Made by a program: the position numbers and the translations under genes. The notes beneath the pieces are model-generated. The model saw only the letters and a list, made by a program, of their open reading frames with translations, was not told where the DNA came from and did not search any database. From positions 1 through 55,824 of the forward strand of contig DAOUKX010000021.1 of assembly GCA_034420855.1 (NCBI GenBank): a stretch of 55,824 bases of DNA. Direction: 5' to 3'. The DNA comes from Dehalococcoidia bacterium. GTDB lineage: Bacteria; Chloroflexota; Dehalococcoidia; Lucifugimonadales; GCA-2712585. Below, piece after piece: positions 1-8,044 of this stretch (position 1 is the first letter of the stretch; each line of letters opens with the position of its first letter).

Positions 1-351
1 CACCCGGTCCAGTTGACGGACATGGCCCCACCTGTAGCTGCGCAGGAATGTACCCAGGGTCGATGGCGCCTTCACCCTACAGCCCAGCACCCCCTCGGTA
101 CCTCCTGCACGCAACGCGTCCGCGTCGTCGATGCAGTCGCCCCCTGCCAGGGCCGAGGCCACCAGGGTCAGCATCTTGTCTGCCGGGTTTGCTCTCCCCA
201 GTGCATCCCCCAGATCGAGGTGGTTGTCTACCAGTTCACCCAGACCCACTCGCTGGGCGAGGGTGAGCGGCAGGATCAGTCCGGCATTGGCCACCAGTCG
301 GGGTTCGTCAAAGACTACGGAGATGCGGTCAGGACGCTCAGGTGATACCAT
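1..351 (-). mobile_element. IS1380-family transposase gene, N-terminal 117 codons only; the ORF is open to the window edge
   Basis: Own translation of the minus strand from ATG (351-349): MVSPERPDRISVVFDEPRLVANAGLILPLTLAQRVGLGELVDNHLDLGDALGRANPADKMLTLVASALAGGDCIDDADALRAGGTEGVLGCRVKAPSTLGTFLRSYRWGHVRQLDRV. There is no stop before position 1, so it is absent from the ORF track. The pattern FD.P.LV..AGL ... AG.D.IDD.D.LR.GG ... APSTLGTFLR...GHVRQLD is what I remember from IS1380-family transposase N-termini. The IS end must lie in 352-473, but it cannot be defined without the other end. Confidence 0.6.
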
Positions 352-473
352 CTATTGGGCGCTCCTTGTTCTGGATCGGTTTTAGCTATGAAAACCATTA
401 TCCCAGATTCATAGGAGCACTTTCTTTTCCCCCTATCTACAACCTCTCCCCTTCTCCTTCGGTGGATTGGGGG

Positions 474-1703
474 TTAGGGGGTTGGCGGATGTCCCAGGAT
501 GCGATAGCCCAAGTTATCGTCAGTTCTTTCATTGGCGGGCAAGACTTCGATGAGTACGTGCGACACGCCAACGACGTCGCCATTCTCGTCAAAACCAAAG
601 TCGTCACCGATCGCCCCGCTCCAAGTGAGGTCGTACAGGCAGTCTCTGAACCCGTCGGTATCCTGGTCGTCGTTGGTCTGTCGCAGGCATTCTGCGGCAA
701 TATAGACCCCGTCGTAAGCGGACCCCTGGAACCAAGGCCATGGCGCCGGAACGTCGAATCGGGCCCTGTAATTGGCAAGGAGATCCTTGCCTGCGGACGT
801 GGTCAGATCCGGGTTGGGCACGACAGCCTTCAGGCCGGTGGCGGCGTCGCCGGATATGCTCAGGGCACCGGGTCCGGTAGGCACAACTTCCGAGTAAATT
901 GGACCCTCGTAACCGAGTTCTCTTGCCTGCTTTACGATAGTGCCTCCAGAGGTCTCAGCTTGGGCGCTGAGGAGGAGTGCGTCGGGGTCTTCTCCCATCA
1001 TCTTGGTAAGCGGACTGCGGAAGTCAATTACTTCTGACGAGTAACTCTCTCTCGACACGATAGAGCCGCCCAGTCTTTCGAACTGAGCAACGGCAGTGCG
1101 CCGAACGCCTTCTGCGTAGTCTGTGGCCTCCGTAATGGTGGCTAATCTGCGAACGTCGTCGACCCAGAGGGTATTGCCGATGTCCGTGCCTACCTTCAGG
1201 GAGTTCAGGGCGGTTCGGAAGATATAGTCGCCCGCATTGGTTATGTCAGGACTTGTGGAGGCAGGCGACAATAGGATCACGCGGTCCTTCTCGGCCAGAG
1301 GCGCCACACCCAGGGTGCCGCTGCTGCACGTGGCGCCCAGGATTATCTTGATGCCTTCCACCTCCGTCAGTCGTCGGTAGGCAGTGATTGCATCGTTGGC
1401 CGTACATTTGGAGTCCTCTACAACAAGCTTGAGCATGCGACCGTTAATTCCACCGGCAGCGTTTATTTCTTCCACAGCAATAAACTTGGACTGGGACAAG
1501 GGGACCCCGTATGATTCGCCAAGCCCAGTGAGAGAGTCCAACGCTCCGATTACAAATGGTTGGCTCTCTTCACCTGTTTGAGTAGATGAGGTTGTTTTCG
1601 ACGTGCCCGGGCTGGAATTGGTCGTTTCGCCCGAACTACAGCCAAAGAGCAAGACAAGGCCCAAGGCAACGAGGGCAATCATTAACAAAGAAATGAATCG
1701 CAT
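474..1703 (-). CDS. ABC transporter substrate-binding lipoprotein, branched-chain amino acid (LivJ/PBP type 1) family
   Basis: 409-aa ORF. Signal peptide with lipobox (LLFGC-SS), then a Thr/Ser-rich linker. The body resembles Leu/Ile/Val-binding proteins (IGALDSLTGLGESYG, AVEEINAAGGINGR, VVEDSKC). No permease or ATPase genes are adjacent. Confidence 0.8.
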   Translation of the reverse strand: MRFISLLMIALVALGLVLLFGCSSGETTNSSPGTSKTTSSTQTGEESQPFVIGALDSLTGLGESYGVPLSQSKFIAVEEINAAGGINGRMLKLVVEDSKCTANDAITAYRRLTEVEGIKIILGATCSSGTLGVAPLAEKDRVILLSPASTSPDITNAGDYIFRTALNSLKVGTDIGNTLWVDDVRRLATITEATDYAEGVRRTAVAQFERLGGSIVSRESYSSEVIDFRSPLTKMMGEDPDALLLSAQAETSGGTIVKQARELGYEGPIYSEVVPTGPGALSISGDAATGLKAVVPNPDLTTSAGKDLLANYRARFDVPAPWPWFQGSAYDGVYIAAECLRQTNDDQDTDGFRDCLYDLTWSGAIGDDFGFDENGDVVGVSHVLIEVLPANERTDDNLGYRILGHPPTP

Positions 1704-1850
1704 TTTGTCTCCACAGAGCCAATGGTATGCGAAAAATTGACACCTAGTCCAGCAAGAGGTCGATCATTGCAACTATAGGATTATGTGCTTAGGTACGTTG
1801 TTTGGTTGCTGCAGCGATAATCGAGGCACAGCGTCGACTATAATTGCCCA

Positions 1851-2726
1851 ATGTCCGGGTTAGCTATTTCGCTGATTCTGCTGTCCGCGCTTTGTCATGT
1901 CTCGTGGAACCTGCTGCTTAAACGCACCGACAACCAGGAGATCTTCGTATGGACGCTTCTGGCGGTTGGAGCTGTAATGCTACTTCCCCTCGGAGTGGTC
2001 CTGTTTTGGCTGCATCCGGCGTCGTGGCCGGGCCACTGGCTGGTGATTGCTTCTGCATGTACCCACGTGTTCTATTTCATCCTGCTGGGACGGGCCTATT
2101 CCAAGGGCGACTTGTCCCTGGTCTATCCAATTGCGCGGGGGATCGGCCCTATGCTTGTGCCGGTTTTGGCCGTGCTCATTATTGGCGAGAAGATTACCCT
2201 GTCCGCAGGTATCGGCATCGCCTTGATTGTGGCGGGGATTTTCGTAGTTTCATGGTGGGGTCGGTTTCGTATGCTCTTGAACAGTCCAACTTTTCTGGCA
2301 CGAGATAGCGGCATTCGCTATGCGGTCCTTACCGGGATGACCATCACTATCTATAGTCTGGTCGATAAGGAAGGAGTTGAGCACGTGCAGCCCTTTCTTT
2401 ACATGTACCTGCTTACCCTTGGAGCAGCAGTTGGCATGGCTCCCTACATTCTCTTAAAGCACGGACTGGCTGTAGTTCGACAGGAGTGGAAATTGCACAC
2501 TTTGCCTGTTTTGGCATCAAGCATGCTGATGTTTCTCGCCTACGGGTTGGTGCTGACTGCACTTTCCTTGTCGCAAGTCAGTTACGTCGTCCCAGCCCGT
2601 GAAGTTGGCATTGTCCTTAGCGTCCTGATGGGGGTGTTCTTCCTGAAGGAGCAGTTTGGCCAAGGCCGACTGGTTGGCTCATTTCTCATAGCGATTGGGT
2701 TAGCGCTGATTGCCATATTTTCGTGA
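1851..2726 (+). CDS. EamA/DMT-family integral membrane transporter
   Basis: 291 aa with about 10 hydrophobic segments arranged as two EamA-like halves. Confidence 0.75.
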   Translation: MSGLAISLILLSALCHVSWNLLLKRTDNQEIFVWTLLAVGAVMLLPLGVVLFWLHPASWPGHWLVIASACTHVFYFILLGRAYSKGDLSLVYPIARGIGPMLVPVLAVLIIGEKITLSAGIGIALIVAGIFVVSWWGRFRMLLNSPTFLARDSGIRYAVLTGMTITIYSLVDKEGVEHVQPFLYMYLLTLGAAVGMAPYILLKHGLAVVRQEWKLHTLPVLASSMLMFLAYGLVLTALSLSQVSYVVPAREVGIVLSVLMGVFFLKEQFGQGRLVGSFLIAIGLALIAIFS

Positions 2727-3056
2727 GGTCTCTCTCAGCGGGGAAAGAAAAAGTCTTTGCCTCATGCAGGATATCCATGATTCCTGATGTGTCTGTTCTG
2801 CTCCTACGGTGTCGTTCAACAGAACCTTCAACGGGCGGGCTGGCGACTTCGGGAAGGAACTGTGCGATCACCAAAGCCAGTCGATACAGGCGGGCGGCAG
2901 AACGCGCAAACTGAGATTCTTTCCGAAGGTCTACAGGGCCCCGGACGTGAGCTTATCAGAGGTAGGGATGATTCGAAGCCAATACCAGCTTCGATTCATT
3001 GACCGGTGAATGGTGAAACAATTGAGAGGTGGGTTGTCTGAACAGCTGAGAACGGC

Positions 3057-3431
3057 TTAGTGCTTGCTTTCTGCGAAGGCGAGGGCAGACTCTACGTCCG
3101 AATGGATAGCTATAACCCTGTCAAAGCCGAGCAGTTCAAAAACCTGGTTGATGTAGGGTTTGAGATTACAGATGTGGAGGGCGCGTCCCTTCTCCTTCAA
3201 CTCTTTCCACAGACGGATAAAGACCCGCAGGCCGGCGGTGCTGAGATAGGTAACGCCGGAAGCCTCAATCACTACATCAGAGTCAGTCTCGCTTATTGTA
3301 CGGAAGGCTTCCGCCTCAAACGAGGCAACGCTTTGTGTATTGATGTGCCCTTGCGCTCTCAACAGGAGCACGGAGCCCTTTGACTCGACCGTATCAATCA
3401 CAGCAGTGTAGGAATTTTTGCTTAATACCAT
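3057..3431 (-). CDS. STAS-domain protein (anti-sigma-factor antagonist, SpoIIAA-like)
   Basis: 124 aa. The motif GVTYLSTAGLRVFI carries the conserved Ser/Thr position, and the ending ...VFELLGFDRVIAIH is typical of STAS/SpoIIAA. No partner kinase or phosphatase is nearby. Confidence 0.8.
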   Translation of the reverse strand: MVLSKNSYTAVIDTVESKGSVLLLRAQGHINTQSVASFEAEAFRTISETDSDVVIEASGVTYLSTAGLRVFIRLWKELKEKGRALHICNLKPYINQVFELLGFDRVIAIHSDVESALAFAESKH

Positions 3432-3751
3432 GTCTCTGTAAATTAGATTATGTTAAAAGGAGATGAAACGCAACTCCTTGTTGGCATATTGTTGCTAGAT
3501 TCTTAGGGTACTGATACACGTGCCGTGTTAGGGAGTTAATTCATCCCATGCTGAACTGGTTATTCCTGGGAAAGGTTGGATGTGCTTCGGTAGGAAAAAT
3601 GGATGTGATGATAGCCGGTTCCTTGAATCTTGAATTATGCTTGCCGTGTGGTTTAATGTTCATCAGTAGGCAAAATTCTTGAGAAGAATTGAGAAGTAGT
3701 TCCAGTGATCCACAATCCAGATTTCATTCGAACAGACTAGGAAGGTAAGAA

Positions 3752-4831
3752 GTGCGCACTCTAATTGCAGCAATCCTGGCAATGGGTATTCTCTTGTCTC
3801 TAATCGCCTGTACAGGCGATACAGGCCCGGCCGGACAGACCGGCCCTGCTGGTCCCCAAGGCCCTGCCGGCGCAGTCGGCCCTCAGGGTCCACCCGGTAA
3901 TGCTGGGCCTCCAGGCGCTGAAGGGCCTGCTGGACCGCCTGGCCCTCCCACTCCATCTGCCTTGCCAGCTCCAGTGGCCGAAACGCCTTTGGTGGACATG
4001 GCCGAAATCACCTCCCTGTTTGAAGGACTGATGGATCTGGCTGAGACCGGCGTGTCCGACGTGCCCAAGTGGGAGCCTGTCTTTTATACTCAAGAGTTCG
4101 TCAGAGAGGCTATCAGAAAATACCTATCAGAGGGTCTTGAAGCCACTGTTGACTACTACAACACTCCGGCAAGCATCGATGGCCAGTGGTATCTGTTCAT
4201 CTTCGACGAAAATGACGTTATGCTGGCTCACGGAGCTAATCCGGGATTCGTTGGCAAGCCTGCTTCGGAGGTCGACGGACCCAACAACTTTCCCGCCGGA
4301 GAAGCGGTAGTGGCGGTCGCCGACGAGGATGGCGAATGGTTCAGCTACTCATTCATTAACCCCGCAACCAACGGAGTTGAGGAAAAGCACTCCTGGATGG
4401 TTGAGGTAGACGGGCTGACTTTTGGTTCCGGCTGGTATGAACGAGGCGTCAGCAAGGCCGACGTGCAAGGTTACACCAGAGATTTCGTGAAGCGATCTAT
4501 AGACCTGTATAATGCGATCGGCCTGGAGGCAACCCTCGCCTACTACAACACAAGGGAAAGTGTGGACGGTCAGTGGTATGTATTCATCGTTGACGAGAAC
4601 GGTTACACCATCGGCCATCACAATTCCATGTTCATCGGCCGAGACCCCAGTGAGCGTATCGACTCTGAAGGCTACTTCTATGGCGACGACCTGCTGAGCG
4701 CTTCCGAGGGGGGGCGTTGGGTGGACTATGTGCTGCTGAATCCTGAGACGGGTGACGAGCGCCAGAAGCATACCTGGGCAGTCCGCCATGACGGTCTAAT
4801 CTTTGCCTCGGGATGGTACGAAAACAGATAA
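3752..4831 (+). CDS. Lipoprotein with a collagen-like Gly-X-Y stalk and two tandem single-Cache (sCache_2-like) domains
   Basis: GTG start preceded by AGGAAGG. Lipobox LSLIAC. 15 GXY triplets are followed by two paralogous modules of about 125 aa (DGQWYLFIFDENDVMLAHGANPGFVGK...GSGWYE and DGQWYVFIVDENGYTIGHHNSMFIGR...ASGWYE). Confidence 0.8.
   Translation: MRTLIAAILAMGILLSLIACTGDTGPAGQTGPAGPQGPAGAVGPQGPPGNAGPPGAEGPAGPPGPPTPSALPAPVAETPLVDMAEITSLFEGLMDLAETGVSDVPKWEPVFYTQEFVREAIRKYLSEGLEATVDYYNTPASIDGQWYLFIFDENDVMLAHGANPGFVGKPASEVDGPNNFPAGEAVVAVADEDGEWFSYSFINPATNGVEEKHSWMVEVDGLTFGSGWYERGVSKADVQGYTRDFVKRSIDLYNAIGLEATLAYYNTRESVDGQWYVFIVDENGYTIGHHNSMFIGRDPSERIDSEGYFYGDDLLSASEGGRWVDYVLLNPETGDERQKHTWAVRHDGLIFASGWYENR
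3815..3949 (+). repeat. Collagen-like triplet repeat: 15 uninterrupted Gly-X-Y codon triplets inside CDS 3752-4831
   Basis: Translation: GDT GPA GQT GPA GPQ GPA GAV GPQ GPP GNA GPP GAE GPA GPP GPP. Confidence 0.9.
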
Positions 4832-4932
4832 GACGAGTGTTGATGGTTGGCGATATTTTCGTCAGCCACTGCGACCCTGCTTTGCTGGGGCATACACCAA
4901 ATTACCTTTGACGATCGAACACTGCAGCCCTT

Positions 4933-5901
4933 TTATGGGGCTGCACGTTCGTCGAACCTCGCCCTGAAGTAGTCCACAACTCGACCCACATAATCCTCCG
5001 AAGAGTTGAAGAATGCCTCAGCGTGGTCTGTGTCCGGGACCAGCCAAAGTTCGCTGCCTGAATACGCCGCTTCAAACACTCGTATTCCGTGCTCTGTGGG
5101 AATGCGTGTGTCAGCCTGCCCATGTATAACTAGAATGGGGATGTTAACGGACAGGATGGCCTTCTCCGGGGCGAGCTTGCCTAAGTCTATGCCGTAGAGC
5201 ATGTTGGCGAGAAAGGATGCGCCTGGGATGAAGATCGGCGCTGCCCACTCTGGAACAGGAGTCTTGCGAGCAATCTCAAAGGATATGAGGTCGTTTACTT
5301 TGGCGTAAGTGCTATCGAGAACCATGGCGGTAATGCCCGGTTCGGCCTCCGCCGCCAGAACAGCCGCACCCGCTCCCATCGACCTGCCCAGTACTCCAAT
5401 CAGTTCTCCACCAGCGCTACGAGTTTGCAGGTAGTCATAGGCTCCCAGCACATCTTCAGCTTCGTCAATGCCCCCCGTGATTCTTTCGCCGCCGGAGGTG
5501 CCGTGGGCCCTCAGGTCGAAGAGCAGGACGTTGAAGCATGCCTCAACCAGATGGGCGGCTATCATGGTGGCCTCGCGGCTGGAGCGATTCGCGGTAATGC
5601 CGTGGACGAGGATTACACTTCCGTCGCAACCCGCTGAGGGCAAGTACCAGCCCGCAAGCGTGACATCGCCTTTTCGGGAGAGGAACTCAACATCTTCGTA
5701 GGTCAGGCCGTAGTGCAAAGGATGGTCATCAAATTCTGTGCGTTCGGCCCCGGTTACCCCTGAGGCAACAAAGTAGGAAACGCCTCCATAAACCAGCACG
5801 AAGAAAAGGGCTAACGTCGCCATACCGAGTACGTATTTCTTTGCCCGGCTGCTGCCCAGGGTTTCGTTGCCTTCGGGGAGATTAGCACCCAAAAATTCCA
5901 T
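4933..5901 (-). CDS. Membrane-anchored alpha/beta hydrolase (serine hydrolase)
   Basis: 322 aa. One N-terminal TM helix, an HG oxyanion motif (ILVHGITAN), the nucleophile elbow GRSMGAG, and late D/H residues (HGQADTRIP, DTDHAE). Confidence 0.8.
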   Translation of the reverse strand: MEFLGANLPEGNETLGSSRAKKYVLGMATLALFFVLVYGGVSYFVASGVTGAERTEFDDHPLHYGLTYEDVEFLSRKGDVTLAGWYLPSAGCDGSVILVHGITANRSSREATMIAAHLVEACFNVLLFDLRAHGTSGGERITGGIDEAEDVLGAYDYLQTRSAGGELIGVLGRSMGAGAAVLAAEAEPGITAMVLDSTYAKVNDLISFEIARKTPVPEWAAPIFIPGASFLANMLYGIDLGKLAPEKAILSVNIPILVIHGQADTRIPTEHGIRVFEAAYSGSELWLVPDTDHAEAFFNSSEDYVGRVVDYFRARFDERAAP

Positions 5902-6253
5902 GATTAGGCACCTAATTCTTATGGCCAGCTGTATTCCGGCTGTTCAACTTGCTTGACCGGCCAACAAATGGGCCAGCAACTGCCAATGCCGACACTACCA
6001 CAAGTTTGAGAAGACTTCATACATTCGGAAAGTCCCGGAATGCCTCAGAGAAAGCGAGAAAGTTGAAAGGCAGAGTCGACATGGATCACGGCACAGTCAA
6101 TACCATGCCGCAGGCAGTTTATGCAATCGCTCCGCCTGAACGCCCCGGGATTCATGAAGACTACAACCTTAACCGAACCCGTCAGGCTGACATGCCTGGA
6201 TCCAGAACAGTAACCTTTACGTTAGTTGGGACATCAGACGGGCCCGTCCTTTG

Positions 6254-6607
6254 TCAGGAACGAACAAAGAACGAACCTCGATCAGCCTCTCGGTGGGTCT
6301 CCAGCGTATCCAATACTTGTGCCAGTCGGGCGTTCTTCTCTTCGGTTGCAATCTGCTTAGATTCTTCCTCAATTGAGCGAAGAAGACTCATCACTTCCGG
6401 CCCATGAATGACTGCAACTTCATTGTCGGCATTCATAATACGGAGTAGCGGCGAATTTGGATTTTCTTGCATAAGGATGAATTCGTACTGTCCTACGTCT
6501 GCCGTCCATTTCTGGTCGCTGGATTGCGACGGCTTCTCCCAACGCAGCTTGTGCTCCCTAGTTGATGTCTTCAGTTCACCGAGGACATTTAGTTCAATCT
6601 GTGCCAT
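6254..6607 (-). CDS. Hypothetical protein (117 aa), no family recognised
   Basis: The ORF track starts at a TTG (6610). The next codon, ATG at 6607, sits 6 nt downstream of a GGAGG and is the more likely start. Long non-coding stretches lie on both sides. Confidence 0.5.
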   Translation of the reverse strand: MAQIELNVLGELKTSTREHKLRWEKPSQSSDQKWTADVGQYEFILMQENPNSPLLRIMNADNEVAVIHGPEVMSLLRSIEEESKQIATEEKNARLAQVLDTLETHREADRGSFFVRS

Positions 6608-7012
6608 CAATTACCTCCATAATTTGCGCACATCTGAAATTCGATTCGAAAGCCTCAAGGTCGTAAAGCTCGTTCAGAGCGTTACGCATCTGAAATTTGG
6701 ACCTGGAGGCTTGGTTGATCCCAGCCTGTTCAGTAAGGCCCAGTTTCTGCCCCCTGAAGTTCGTCGGTAGGTAGGTCGCACTTCAAATTGCGGCTGAAAT
6801 CGACACAAAGTCTACGGCAAACCGTTTTCGTGCGCCAAGGCCTGTGGATGCGAGTAACACCTATTTCGATGTGAACGGCGGTAGATTGAGCCTACAAGAA
6901 GGGTTAGTAAAGCAGGATTGCCCTCAGCAAGTCAGGCGGGTCAGGCTGTGTCCACCAGTTGTAGAGGGAAAGATGACTTCAGGCACCGGGCAATCCGTTT
7001 TAGAGGATGTGT

Positions 7013-8017
7013 TCAGAGGTTAAACTGAGGGTCGACCCAATTGGACTCTTTCTGGTACACCTGAATGCGAGCCCTCTGATTGTCTGCAACCAGCACCTTG
7101 CCGTCGTACGATATCTCGACGGCGCAGGGCCGGTTGAACCGCCATTCCGGCTCATGGCTCTTCACCCGAAGTCGGGCTTTGATGTAGTCAGGATTCGCGT
7201 CTATAAACTCTTGGGCCCACCTGGAAAGTCGTTCCGCATCGCCGCGGAAGCTGGTAATGTGGATTCCCGAAGGATCGTAGACCTCCAGCTTATGGTTCCA
7301 CCAGTCCGTGACGTATACGTCACCGTCCCTGTCGACTGCCACGTCGCTTGGATGCTTTACCTCACCTGGACCTTCGCCGGAGCTGCCAAAGCTCATGATG
7401 TAATCGCCGTCCGGGGTGAACTTCTGGATCCTGTCATTGTGCCAGTCGGCCACATAGACGTAGCCGTCATGGTCGATGGAGATACCCCAAGGGCGACGGA
7501 ATTTGCCCTCAGCTTTGCCCTCGCTTCCCCAGCCTAGGACAAAGTCGCCGTCCTTTGTGAACTTCTGCACCCTGTGGTTCAACTCCTCGGTAATGTAGAA
7601 GTGTCCGTTTCCGTCGAAGACAAGGCCGCCGGGGCTGTTCAGTTGTCCCTTTTCTTTTCCGGGAGTTCCCCATTTGGTGATAAACGTTCCGTCCTTATCG
7701 AACACGGAAACACGGCATAGCCACTCGTCGAGAACGTACACCATGTCGTCATCGTCCAGAGCAATTGCTACGGGCCAAACGAATTTGCCGTCCGCCTCTC
7801 CGTAGCCGCCAAACTCTCCGAGGTAGTCTTCGTCGATGGTGGCTATGCTGATGCGCTGGCACTTCTGAAACTCGTCGGTCTGGTTCACTACATAGATGAC
7901 TCCGTCCTTGCCGATAGCCAGATCAGCGGGGTACCTGAAGCCACGCCCCGACAGGGTGTTGATGCCAATGGTGTGGCTGTAGTTGTAGACCCGGCCGCGG
8001 ACCGTTACAGTCTGCAT
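7013..8017 (-). CDS. NHL-repeat beta-propeller protein
   Basis: 334 aa with at least four clear repeats of about 45 aa of the NHL type (for example GQLNSPGGLVFDGNGHFYITEELNHRVQKFTKDGDFVLGWG and GKFRRPWGISIDHDGYVYVADWHNDRIQKFTPDGDYIMSFG), plus more divergent N- and C-terminal blades. No signal peptide is evident. Confidence 0.85.
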   Translation of the reverse strand: MQTVTVRGRVYNYSHTIGINTLSGRGFRYPADLAIGKDGVIYVVNQTDEFQKCQRISIATIDEDYLGEFGGYGEADGKFVWPVAIALDDDDMVYVLDEWLCRVSVFDKDGTFITKWGTPGKEKGQLNSPGGLVFDGNGHFYITEELNHRVQKFTKDGDFVLGWGSEGKAEGKFRRPWGISIDHDGYVYVADWHNDRIQKFTPDGDYIMSFGSSGEGPGEVKHPSDVAVDRDGDVYVTDWWNHKLEVYDPSGIHITSFRGDAERLSRWAQEFIDANPDYIKARLRVKSHEPEWRFNRPCAVEISYDGKVLVADNQRARIQVYQKESNWVDPQFNL

Positions 8018-8044
8018 GGCGATGACTCCAAGAGTGCGGTGGAA

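Noticed and set aside
352-473. C-rich/G-rich inverted segments (CCCCCTA...TAGGGGG) downstream of the LivJ-like gene, considered as a terminator or IS terminal repeat
   Set aside because: The loop is too long for an intrinsic terminator. Without the other IS end, the terminal repeat cannot be assigned.
4923-4945. 8-bp stem-loop TGCAGCCC-ttttatg-GGGCTGCA between the convergent genes at 4.9 kb
   Set aside because: It straddles the stop codon of the hydrolase gene and lacks a U-tract on either strand. I did not call it a terminator.
5949-6407. 152-aa plus-strand ORF in the 5.9-6.4 kb gap
   Set aside because: It overlaps the better-supported minus-strand gene 6254-6607. It has no RBS, a Ser/Arg/Thr-rich composition and no motif. 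It is probably spurious, and 5902-6253 is left as non-coding.
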